IMG/VR virus record: IMGVR_UViG_3300038427_000078
DNA length: 64,000 nucleotides
Direction: 5' to 3' (one strand)
Source: a virus
Positions 1 to 6,974 of this stretch are shown one piece after another. Within the stretch, counting starts at the first letter, position 1, and each line of letters starts with the position of its first letter. The notes under the pieces were generated by a model that made no database searches, had not been told where the DNA came from, and saw nothing but the letters and a program-made list of their open reading frames with translations. Position numbers and translations under genes: made by a program.

Positions 1-10
1 CATCGATGGC

Positions 11-451
11 ATGTACTGGCGTACATGTCCTGGGGGTCGAAAGTGGGTGACCGAGGGAGTTCGTCGTACGATGGGATGTGGATTCTACTCGCATGCTATC
101 GCAGAGGGCAAGAAGATTGTTCCTCCGAGAGAAGTCGAGGAGCAGGTCCAATGCCCCGGTCCTGGCTGTGATCGACCGGCTAAGACCGGAGGTCTTTGTC
201 CCGCCCACTACCAGCAGCAGAGGCAGGGCCGACCTTTGGCCCCCATCCGTGTGCATGACGGACTCGGGTACGACCGCTCTCGAAAAAGGAAGAGCCTCAA
301 GGAAAAAGAGAGGCGGCGCGTCGAGAAAGAGGAGCGCCAAGAACGTCCGAAGAAACCCAGGAAGAACGGGCGTCTAGTGGTCGTCGGGCGGGATGAGGAT
401 GGTCAGCCGATCACAATCCGAGAAGATTCGTCAGAGCATGCTACAATTTAG
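11..451 (+). CDS. hypothetical protein with Cys/His Zn-finger motif
   Basis: ORF with CPGPGC...LCPAHY motif and basic tail; true start may lie outside the window. Confidence 0.5.
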   Translation: MYWRTCPGGRKWVTEGVRRTMGCGFYSHAIAEGKKIVPPREVEEQVQCPGPGCDRPAKTGGLCPAHYQQQRQGRPLAPIRVHDGLGYDRSRKRKSLKEKERRRVEKEERQERPKKPRKNGRLVVVGRDEDGQPITIREDSSEHATI

Positions 452-655
452 TCATGACCCGTGCTAGAATAGATGAGATGGATCACTACACCGAACCCAT
501 TCTAGTCAAAGGAAACGCCAAGCAGGGCGGTTCCATCTGACCCTAGACGCATCCGCATAGGACGAGTCTAGGGGCTTCCGAGAGGAAGCCCTTGATGTTT
601 CCGGAGTAGTGTGGTAGGATCCAGAAGTACAGCAGCAAGACATAGAACAAAGCCT

Positions 656-730
656 CTCCTCGTAGCTCAGTCAGGACAGAGCAGCCGCCTTCTAAGCGGT
701 CGGTCGAGGGTTCGAATCCTTTCGGGGGGA
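656..730 (+). tRNA. tRNA-Arg(UCU)
   Basis: cloverleaf; anticodon arm gccgc-ct-TCT-aa-gcggt; T loop ttcgaat. Confidence 0.93.
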
Positions 731-961
731 CTTGACAGACGCAGATTCGTCTGCTACTCTGTCGAAACGGTAAGGTCCACCGTACATATCCAACGGACCG
801 GCTGGTCAGCCGTAACCATACGGCGAGTAGCTTGACGGACAGCGCCCAGGTGGGTGCGAGTCCAGCGCGAATAGCGGTTGAGCGATGTTGACACTTCTGC
901 CTCTCAGAGTAAGCAGCGGGTACAGAGTTCAGGGTTCGCGCCCGGAGCCAGCCAAATCTTC

Positions 962-1042
962 GCCAAGGTATGCAAGTGGACAAAGCACGCTGTCTGTAAA
1001 ACAGTTCTCTCGGGTTCGTAGGTTCGACTCCTACCCTTGGCA
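962..1042 (+). tRNA. tRNA-Tyr(GUA)
   Basis: acceptor gccaagg/ccttggc; loop ct-GTA-aa; long variable arm. Confidence 0.93.
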
Positions 1043-1109
1043 TAAAATCGAGTCCCCTCGCGGAAAATTTTTGCGGGGAATGCTCAGGCGAGATTAGCAT
1101 AATCTTCAC

Positions 1110-1132
1110 GCGCTGGTGATGGAACGGTAGAC
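1110..1132 (+). pseudogene. 5' fragment of a disrupted tRNA-Leu
   Basis: gcgctggtgatggaacggtagac = Leu-type acceptor 5' strand plus D arm; pairs with tcagcgc at 1790-1796. Confidence 0.7.
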
Positions 1133-1180
1133 TTGCTTTGTTTTCCATTCGCATCTGTGCTATAAGTAATAGAAGCATAC

Positions 1181-1265
1181 GTCCGCATGCTGGAACTCGG
1201 TAGACGGGCACGGTTGAGAGCCGTGTGGCCGAAAGGTCGTGTGGGTTCGACTCCCACTGTGGACA
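1181..1265 (+). tRNA. tRNA-Leu(GAG)
   Basis: acceptor gtccgca/tgtggac; cacgg-tt-GAG-ag-ccgtg; long variable arm with GAAA loop. Confidence 0.93.
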
Positions 1266-1267
1266 TC

Positions 1268-1750
1268 ATGGCATTTATCCATCGCTACACATTGGAGATG
1301 TTGGAAGAGGCAGCGGAGCACAGCACTTCGGTCGCTGGTGTCTGTCGTTATCTCAACATCAACAACCCTGGCGGTAGTTCGCAGACGAACATCCGCAATC
1401 GTCTTCGTGACTTCGGCATCGATACCTCACACTTCTTGGGTAAAGCTGCTCGCAAAGGAACACAAGCGAGCAATCGAAAGACGGCGGCAGAGATACTTGT
1501 ACGCCTTCCTTCTGGTGCCTACCGACCAGAAGCAAAGAAACTTCGACGGGCCTTGATCGAACAGGGACGAGAGTATGTCTGTGAGGGTTGCGGCAACAAA
1601 GCGTGGTGGAAAGAAGGCCCATTGACACTTGAAGTAGATCACATCGACGGCGATTGGCACAACAACGAAGAGGACAACCTTCGTTTCTTGTGTCCTAATT
1701 GTCATAGCGTTTACACGTTGCCCGGTGTACCATGTGGTACGGCGGACTAG
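1268..1750 (+). CDS. HNH homing endonuclease
   Basis: CEGC...LEVDHIDGDWHNNEEDNLRFLCPNCH. Confidence 0.9.
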   Translation: MAFIHRYTLEMLEEAAEHSTSVAGVCRYLNINNPGGSSQTNIRNRLRDFGIDTSHFLGKAARKGTQASNRKTAAEILVRLPSGAYRPEAKKLRRALIEQGREYVCEGCGNKAWWKEGPLTLEVDHIDGDWHNNEEDNLRFLCPNCHSVYTLPGVPCGTAD

Positions 1751-1797
1751 GACGTGGTGCCCTTCGGGGCGTGTGGGTTCGAATCCCACTCAGCGCA
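1747..1797 (+). pseudogene. 3' fragment of a disrupted tRNA-Leu(UAG)
   Basis: c-TAG-ga-cgtgg, variable arm gcccttcggggc, T arm gtggg-ttcgaat-cccac, acceptor 3' strand tcagcgc-a. Confidence 0.75.
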
Positions 1798-2070
1798 TAG
1801 GGCCGGTGGTCAGGCGACGGGGTAAGCTCCTGTCGAATGCAGCCGAGTAGGTCGGGGATCCAGGCGCGTCTGGTGAAAGACCCGTATCCCTCTTGAGGGG
1901 TGCCCATCTCAAGCACTTGGTTGCGGAGCGGTCAAGTGGGTAGAGGGCGGAAGCCAGCCTTGAAAGGTTGAGCCGAAAGCTCTAGCTCCAATGTTTCAAC
2001 TCCCGTGTAGTGGTGGAAGTCCACGTCGCGCAAGCGATTGTTACTGATGTGTGTCATGCACGGGAGCCAT

Positions 2071-2146
2071 GCCGCTGTGAAGGGAATTTGGCATACCTCT
2101 CACGCTTAGAACGTGAGGCTTGTGGGTTCGAGTCCCACTGGCGGCA
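2071..2146 (+). tRNA. tRNA-Leu(UAG), short variable loop
   Basis: gccgctg/tggcggc; tcacg-ct-TAG-aa-cgtga. Confidence 0.9.
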
Positions 2147-2164
2147 CTCAGTAGTGAAGTACCT

Positions 2165-2236
2165 GCCTCCGTATGGTTAGTGGTAGACCCTCCGACTTTT
2201 AATCGGGAAGCTGGGGTTCGATTCCCCACGGGGGTA
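2165..2236 (+). tRNA. tRNA-Lys(UUU)
   Basis: gcctccg/cgggggt; ccga-ct-TTT-aa-tcgg. Confidence 0.9.
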
Positions 2237-2387
2237 CTTTTGTGGTGATCGGCTGGGCTTGATCGGCCCGCTGTCCGATGGAAGGTGGTCGTGTGTCCAC
2301 TCTTCGACCCGCGTCAAGTAGGGCCACAACGAAGGGCAAGATACCTCCGTACCGCAGCGCGCCGGGACGATAGGTAACACACAACAT

Positions 2388-2460
2388 GGGCCTGTAGCTC
2401 AAATGGGAGAGCGCCTGCCTTGCAAGCAGGAGGTTGAGGGTTCGATTCCCTCTAGGTCCA
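2388..2460 (+). tRNA. tRNA-Ala(UGC)
   Basis: gggcctg/taggtcc with G3:U70; ct-TGC-aa. Confidence 0.95.
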
Positions 2461-2629
2461 CTGACTGTGGTGATCAGTCAAGCGGTAGCGGCCCCGGTAA
2501 AGGGTGCAGCCCGCACGAACTCACCACCGCCTCTGCGTTCACGGGCAGAGCAAATGGAAGTGTCGTGAGCTTCCCGTACAATTCTCTCTCCCCGATTTCA
2601 GTGCGTGGGATGGAGGGCGGTCGAATCAA

Positions 2630-2703
2630 CAGGGAGTAGCGCAGTCTGGTAGCGCACTTGGTTTGGAACCAAGGGGTCGCGGGTTCGAATCCCGCCTTCC
2701 TGA
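2630..2703 (+). tRNA. tRNA-Pro(UGG)
   Basis: cagggag/cttcctg; cttgg-tt-TGG-aa-ccaag. Confidence 0.95.
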
Positions 2704-2744
2704 TAGCAGAGGGACGGCTGCTTCGTAAACCGTCCCGCACTTAC

Positions 2745-2840
2745 GCGCCTGTAGCTCAGTGGTCAACGGTTCTCTTCGGGGAGCCAAAGAGTTGCCGCCT
2801 TTCAAGCGGTAGGTCCGGGGTTCGATTCCCCGTAGGCGCA
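2745..2840 (+). tRNA. tRNA with UUC (Glu) anticodon and an extra hairpin in the D loop
   Basis: gcgcctg/taggcgc; gccgc-ct-TTC-aa-gcggt; D loop contains ggttctc-TTCG-gggagcc. Confidence 0.8.
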
Positions 2841-2897
2841 TAACTCGTACCGCACCCCGGATTAGGGAGTACGAAGGCGGTGCAACGCCGCCACCAG

Positions 2898-2971
2898 CAG
2901 GGTATAGCGCAGTCTGGTAGCGCGCTCCCCTCGGACGGGAGAGGTCGTAGGTTCGAATCCTATTACCCTGA
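2898..2971 (+). tRNA. tRNA-Pro(CGG)
   Basis: cagggta/taccctg; ctccc-ct-CGG-ac-gggag. Confidence 0.95.
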
Positions 2972-3053
2972 TAGCGGCAGGCCATGGCCTGTCTCGAAGA
3001 TCCTCGGTTGAACCGTGAAGCCATAGTTACCACGGGCCGGTACGGATCGAGTT

Positions 3054-3126
3054 GCCGGTCTAGCTCTAATGGTAGAGCGCTTCCGTGGTAAGGAAGAGGT
3101 TCCGAGTTCGAATCTCGGGATCGGCT
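3054..3126 (+). tRNA. tRNA-Thr(GGU)
   Basis: gccggtc/gatcggc; cttcc-gt-GGT-aa-ggaag. Confidence 0.93.
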
Positions 3127-3388
3127 TAGCGGGGTAGACTCCATGCGCAGGGGTCGATGTCGAGGGAGTCATGACCCAAGGCACGCGGGTACCGACAGGC
3201 AAAGCGCCTGCTCGGTCCGTGCCGCACACTCATACCGTGCGCCGGGAAACCGCTAGACTGGCGGGTGTTACCGGATAAGGAGAGGCTAGTCACCGATCCG
3301 AAAAGGGATTGCTCGCACGGTTTTCTAGATTGATCGGTCGGCCTCCGGTAGAGGAGTAGCGGACGGGTCGCCCCTCCACGGAGGGCTT

Positions 3389-3460
3389 GCCAGCAAAGCG
3401 GAAGTGGTGCCGCACCCGTTTCGTAAGCGGGGGAATCGGGTTCAATTCCCGATGCTGGCT
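3389..3460 (+). tRNA. tRNA-Thr(CGU)
   Basis: gccagca/tgctggc; cccgt-tt-CGT-aa-gcggg. Confidence 0.88.
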
Positions 3461-3611
3461 TTGAGGCCGTGACCTCCGGGTAAGAAGCGCGGGGAGCGTC
3501 AGTCTTAGGTTGTCCAGGGTCTAAATTTGCGCCTGGCTGAGCAGCGGAGACTACATAACCGGCTCGCCTCACTTTCGTACTTTTCTTTCGGGTACGACAA
3601 GGTAATGTGTA

Positions 3612-4019
3612 ATGGTATGTGCTACCTGTAAAGAAGAGAAGGACTTGGACGAGTTCCATGCTGGTGCTCGCGTGTGTAAAGGCTGCAAGAAGGATGCCGA
3701 TGCTCGCTCGTTTCAGAAGCATCGGGAGGCTCGTCTAGAAAAGCGCCGACAGGATCGCCTCGCAGCACGCGAATGGTTTGAGTCCTTGAAGGCAGGAAAG
3801 AAGTGTGCCGACTGTGATCTGGATCATCCTCCGTGGAGGATGGATTGGGATCACCTTCCAGGCACAGAAAAGCTCTTTGAGATAGCCGATGTCAGCCACA
3901 TGGCAACGGGAGAGAAGGGCAAGCGGAAGATACTGGACGAGATTGCCAAGTGCGAGCTTGTCTGTGCCAACTGTCATCGAGACAGAACGCACGACCGCCG
4001 ACGGGGAGTGGCCCTGTAA
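3612..4019 (+). CDS. HNH homing endonuclease
   Basis: CxxC pairs; MDWDH...EIAKCELVCANCH. Confidence 0.88.
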   Translation: MVCATCKEEKDLDEFHAGARVCKGCKKDADARSFQKHREARLEKRRQDRLAAREWFESLKAGKKCADCDLDHPPWRMDWDHLPGTEKLFEIADVSHMATGEKGKRKILDEIAKCELVCANCHRDRTHDRRRGVAL

Positions 4020-4044
4020 CTCGGTTCGACTCCGAGTGTTGGCT
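4013..4044 (+). pseudogene. tRNA-Thr 3' remnant
   Basis: cc-TGT-aa followed by T arm ctcgg-ttcgact-ccgag and acceptor 3' strand tgttggc-t. Confidence 0.65.
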
Positions 4045-4089
4045 TCCATGGCAGACGAGGAGGCAAGCCCTCTCTTGACTCTGCCGCCA

Positions 4090-4162
4090 GGGGGATTGGT
4101 GTAAACGGCAATCATGATCGGCTCCAACCCGATTGATCAGGGTTCGAATCCTTGATCCCCCG
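4090..4162 (+). tRNA. tRNA-Trp(CCA)
   Basis: gggggat/atccccc; atcgg-ct-CCA-ac-ccgat. Confidence 0.9.
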
Positions 4163-4260
4163 CTGTAGCAGACGTGCTACCCGGCCAGGGGATCTACCTG
4201 GTGCAGGCCAATGCTGCCAGCCCACGCCAGTCGAAACGCTGTCCTGTGGCTGGCCTACCT

Positions 4261-4297
4261 GGTGTCTTAGCTCAGATGGTTAGAGCGCTGCCCTGTC
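4261..4297 (+). pseudogene. 5' half of tRNA-Asp(GUC), truncated right after the anticodon
   Basis: ggtgtct-ta-gctc-agatggtta-gagc-g-ctgcc-ct-GTC, then unrelated sequence. Confidence 0.8.
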
Positions 4298-4347
4298 TAG
4301 TAGACCACTGGCCTTCAAGGGCGGTGGTATCGGCTAGGTAATAGCTG

Positions 4348-4764
4348 ATGGCAACTACCAAGGACAAGGGCGACCTCGCTGAGCTACGCATCGCATCAGA
4401 CTTGATGCGGCAAGGATACAAGGTAGCTATTCCCTTCGGTGACAATTGGGACTTCGACCTGATCCTGTACCGCGATGGGTTCGAGAGGGTCCAGGTCAAG
4501 TACGCTCAGTCAGACGGTGAGAAGGTCGAGGTCAAGGCGGTAAGCTACTCGACCAACAAAGGTCTGACCATCTCAGCGAAACAGTACACCGCTGCTGAGA
4601 TTGACTGGCTTGCGGTGTACGATGTGACCACCGACGAATGCTTCTACGTGCCAGCTAGCGAGCTTGGCGACGGGATGAGGATGGTGACGCTCAGGTATAA
4701 GCCTGCGCGTAACAACCAGACCAAGGGCATCCGGTGGACGAAGGACTATGGGTCCGTAGCGTAG
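4348..4764 (+). CDS. PD-(D/E)XK homing endonuclease (family usually associated with tRNA group I introns)
   Basis: KGDLAE...GYKVAIPFGDNWDFDLI...RVQVK...IDWLAVY motif set. Confidence 0.88.
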   Translation: MATTKDKGDLAELRIASDLMRQGYKVAIPFGDNWDFDLILYRDGFERVQVKYAQSDGEKVEVKAVSYSTNKGLTISAKQYTAAEIDWLAVYDVTTDECFYVPASELGDGMRMVTLRYKPARNNQTKGIRWTKDYGSVA

Positions 4765-4823
4765 TGGTCTAACGCGCCTCCCTGTCAAGGAGGAGAACGG
4801 GGGTTCGAATCCCCTCGGTCCCG
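4750..4823 (+). tRNA. tRNA-Asp(GUC)
   Basis: gggtccg/cggtccc; cctcc-ct-GTC-aa-ggagg; overlaps the stop codon of the upstream ORF. Confidence 0.93.
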
Positions 4824-4845
4824 CTCAACAACGAAGCGGAGAATC

Positions 4846-4992
4846 ATGAAGCTCAGTAAGCTCAGTAAGCTAAGTCGTACATCCGAATTGCTCCCGTATC
4901 TTGAATCCGTTGAGCATTACGCCAACGCTGCCGTATACCACGGCACCTTCGAGGGCGAACAGTTCACGTTGACCTTTACCTTCGGCCCTTGA
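4846..4992 (+). CDS. small hypothetical protein (MKLSKLSKLSR...)
   Basis: ggaga RBS, 48 codons, 9-nt tandem repeat aagctcagt. Confidence 0.45.
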   Translation: MKLSKLSKLSRTSELLPYLESVEHYANAAVYHGTFEGEQFTLTFTFGP

Positions 4993-5000
4993 CTCGTCGC

Positions 5001-5029
5001 TTGACTTCTAGTCGTGGACCGTGTAGACT
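5001..5029 (+). promoter_or_regulatory. sigma70/SigA-type promoter, leaderless transcript
   Basis: TTGACT-N17-TAGACT with ATG 7 nt downstream. Confidence 0.75.
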
Positions 5030-5036
5030 ACGGTCC

Positions 5037-5504
5037 ATGAACCTACTAAAGACACTTCCTGTCGTGCTGCTCGTAGCCCTTGCTGGATGCGGAGCAGTTA
5101 CCAAAGCACCTGCCAAAGCACCTGCCCCGCACCCTAGTCTCCCCAAGGTGGTCAAGGTCACGGCGCAACCGACCACGACGACACCGGAACCCAGGCCCAG
5201 GCCCAAGCCTAGACCTGCGGTGGTAGTTCCTGTGCCTACTCCTACGCCTACATACCCGACATGCGATGGCGGACCCGTTGAATGCGGGAAGGCATCGGCA
5301 GCACCGACACGGGAAGAAAGTCTGCAACAGCACTACCGCGAAACCGGAGGCTGCGGTGGGGAAGGAGAGGCTGAATGTCCCGCCCACGGAGAAGGCAGCG
5401 GAGAAAATAGCGTCAACAGCACGGGTGAATCGCGTGCCTGTGCAGAAGAACGTAGTGAATACACAAGTGGCGAGAGGTCTAGTCTCCGCGTTGGCTGTCG
5501 ATAA
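5037..5504 (+). CDS. lipoprotein with Pro/Thr-rich stalk
   Basis: MNLLKTLPVVLLVALAG-C lipobox. Confidence 0.75.
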   Translation: MNLLKTLPVVLLVALAGCGAVTKAPAKAPAPHPSLPKVVKVTAQPTTTTPEPRPRPKPRPAVVVPVPTPTPTYPTCDGGPVECGKASAAPTREESLQQHYRETGGCGGEGEAECPAHGEGSGENSVNSTGESRACAEERSEYTSGERSSLRVGCR

Positions 5505-5544
5505 GTCAAGGCGGAGGTCGCGGGTTCGAGTCCCGTCGTTGTCG
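5505..5544 (+). pseudogene. 3' half of a tRNA-Asp(GUC)
   Basis: GTC-aa-ggcgg-aggtc-gcggg-ttcgagt-cccgt-cgttgtc-g. Confidence 0.75.
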
Positions 5545-5557
5545 CTCGCAGTACAAC

Positions 5558-5629
5558 GCGCTGGTAGCTCATTGGCAGAGCAATCGGTTTACACCCGATG
5601 TGTATGGGGTTCGATTCCCTGGTGGCGCA
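5558..5629 (+). tRNA. tRNA-Val(UAC)
   Basis: atcgg-tt-TAC-ac-ccgat; one acceptor mismatch. Confidence 0.88.
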
Positions 5630-5676
5630 TAGATGTCAAGTAGCTCTGTAGGCGCAGGGGGGTGCGACATCTTTGA

Positions 5677-5749
5677 GGGCGATTAGCTCAGTTGGGAGAG
5701 CGCCGTCGCGACATGGCGGAAGTCACTGGTTCGAGTCCAGTATTGCCCA
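5677..5749 (+). tRNA. tRNA-Val(GAC)
   Basis: gggcgat/attgccc; ccgtc-gc-GAC-at-ggcgg. Confidence 0.88.
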
Positions 5750-5938
5750 CTCTCCTGTCACCTAATTGGTGGCAGGGAATGCAAACCCACGACCAGCGTA
5801 AGAAAGGATGGTGATCCAGAAATCTACCTTGTAGACAGATGGTCGCCGTCCACAGTTGGTCGGCACTAAGTCGTTGGGGGAGGGTGAGGGCCGCTGGCTC
5901 TTAGCCCTCCCTCCGAGGTTCTTCGGAGCCTCACCCAT

Positions 5939-6335
5939 GGGCCTTTCCCGGTAATCGATTGGGTAGGTTCGGCAGTATGTCATGCAGCGGTCGTCACACC
6001 TACCTGACAAAAGCCATAACTGGCAACGCAACAGACACGCTCGCAATCCCCGCATCTCTCTTCGAGGTTCGGGCTAGCGACGTACTCGCTGTAGCCTAAG
6101 AAGCTACAAGCCGGGACCAGCCGAGTATCCTGGGAACAGAAACCTCGGAGGGCAGTGAGCGCCATGCCCTTGACGTGCAGAGTACCGTTGTAGTTACACC
6201 GCAAGGTGTTGGTAGCACCCCGCGCGTTCCCGGACGTATAACCGGGTGGTGGAGGCGGGCCATGCCTGTCCCAAAGCTGCTAGAAGTGACGCCTGTACGA
6301 GACTCAAGACGGCAGTTCGACTCTGCCAAGGTCCA
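5939..6335 (+). ncRNA. ssrA: tmRNA
   Basis: acceptor gggcctt/aaggtcc-a with G3:U; T arm ggcag-ttcgact-ctgcc; ATAACT-GGC resume context; tag ORF 6022-6099 GNATDTLAIPASLFEVRASDVLAVA*. Confidence 0.92.
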
Positions 6336-6369
6336 CTAAAACAAGGTCCATCCGTGCTAGAATAGATGG

Positions 6370-6807
6370 ATGGGCAGAGAGCAAAGACGAGCAAAGCAAT
6401 TGGGTATGCCGCATGGCACAGCCATGCACCGCTTGCGTAAACGAGTGATGTTTTCACTAGCTCAGGAGTTGCACTTGGATCAGTGCATCGTGTGTAAGAG
6501 GATGATCGAAGATGCTGACGACCTTAGCATCGAGCACATCCAGCCGTGGGAGGGCCGAGACACGTCCCTGTTTTGGGACATCACTAACATCGCTTTCTCT
6601 CATCGCTGGTGCAACCAACCTCATACGCGACCGGGCAAGCCTCCGGTTCATGACCTCAAGCCCGACATGTGGTGGTGCTCCCACTGCGAACAAGAACTTC
6701 CGCTTGATCGATTCGGCCTCAAGACAGTGACAAGTGGAGCTAAACGACCACGAAACTACTGCAACAAATGCCGTACCGAACGTAAAGCAATGGGCCTCTC
6801 GGCCTAG
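6370..6807 (+). CDS. HNH homing endonuclease
   Basis: CIVC...SIEHIQPW...NIAFSHRWCN plus C-terminal Zn ribbon. Confidence 0.82.
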   Translation: MGREQRRAKQLGMPHGTAMHRLRKRVMFSLAQELHLDQCIVCKRMIEDADDLSIEHIQPWEGRDTSLFWDITNIAFSHRWCNQPHTRPGKPPVHDLKPDMWWCSHCEQELPLDRFGLKTVTSGAKRPRNYCNKCRTERKAMGLSA

Positions 6808-6812
6808 TCCAC

Positions 6813-6841
6813 TTGACAAGCCGGAGAAGACGTGCTAAGCT
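6813..6841 (+). promoter_or_regulatory. SigA-type promoter
   Basis: TTGACA-N17-TAAGCT, ATG at 6848. Confidence 0.7.
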
Positions 6842-6974
6842 CCCGGCATGGAACAAGACAAAAACGGAAACCTGATCTGCAACGTCTGTGGACAGGATTG
6901 GGCAAGCCAACACACCATCGGGGCAACTGCCTCCAACCTCCCAGGAAGCCAAGTCAACCAAAGGAAGGCAAGTG

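Noticed and set aside
1187-1267. Upstream extension of the first HNH ORF
   Set aside because: Overlaps tRNA-Leu(GAG); the ATG at 1268 is the plausible start
3535-3560. gcagcggagactaca resembles the group I intron P7/R element
   Set aside because: No matching S element, P4-P6 domain or exon junctions found; the region folds as a simple rod
4163-4259. Self-cleaving ribozyme (HDV-like/theta, hammerhead or hairpin) in the tRNA trailer
   Set aside because: Hairpins are present, but I could not fit the conserved catalytic cores by eye; a covariance-model search is needed
4298-4347. Group I intron in the tRNA-Asp anticodon loop
   Set aside because: Only about 50 nt precede the nuclease ORF and no catalytic core follows it; an intact tRNA follows instead
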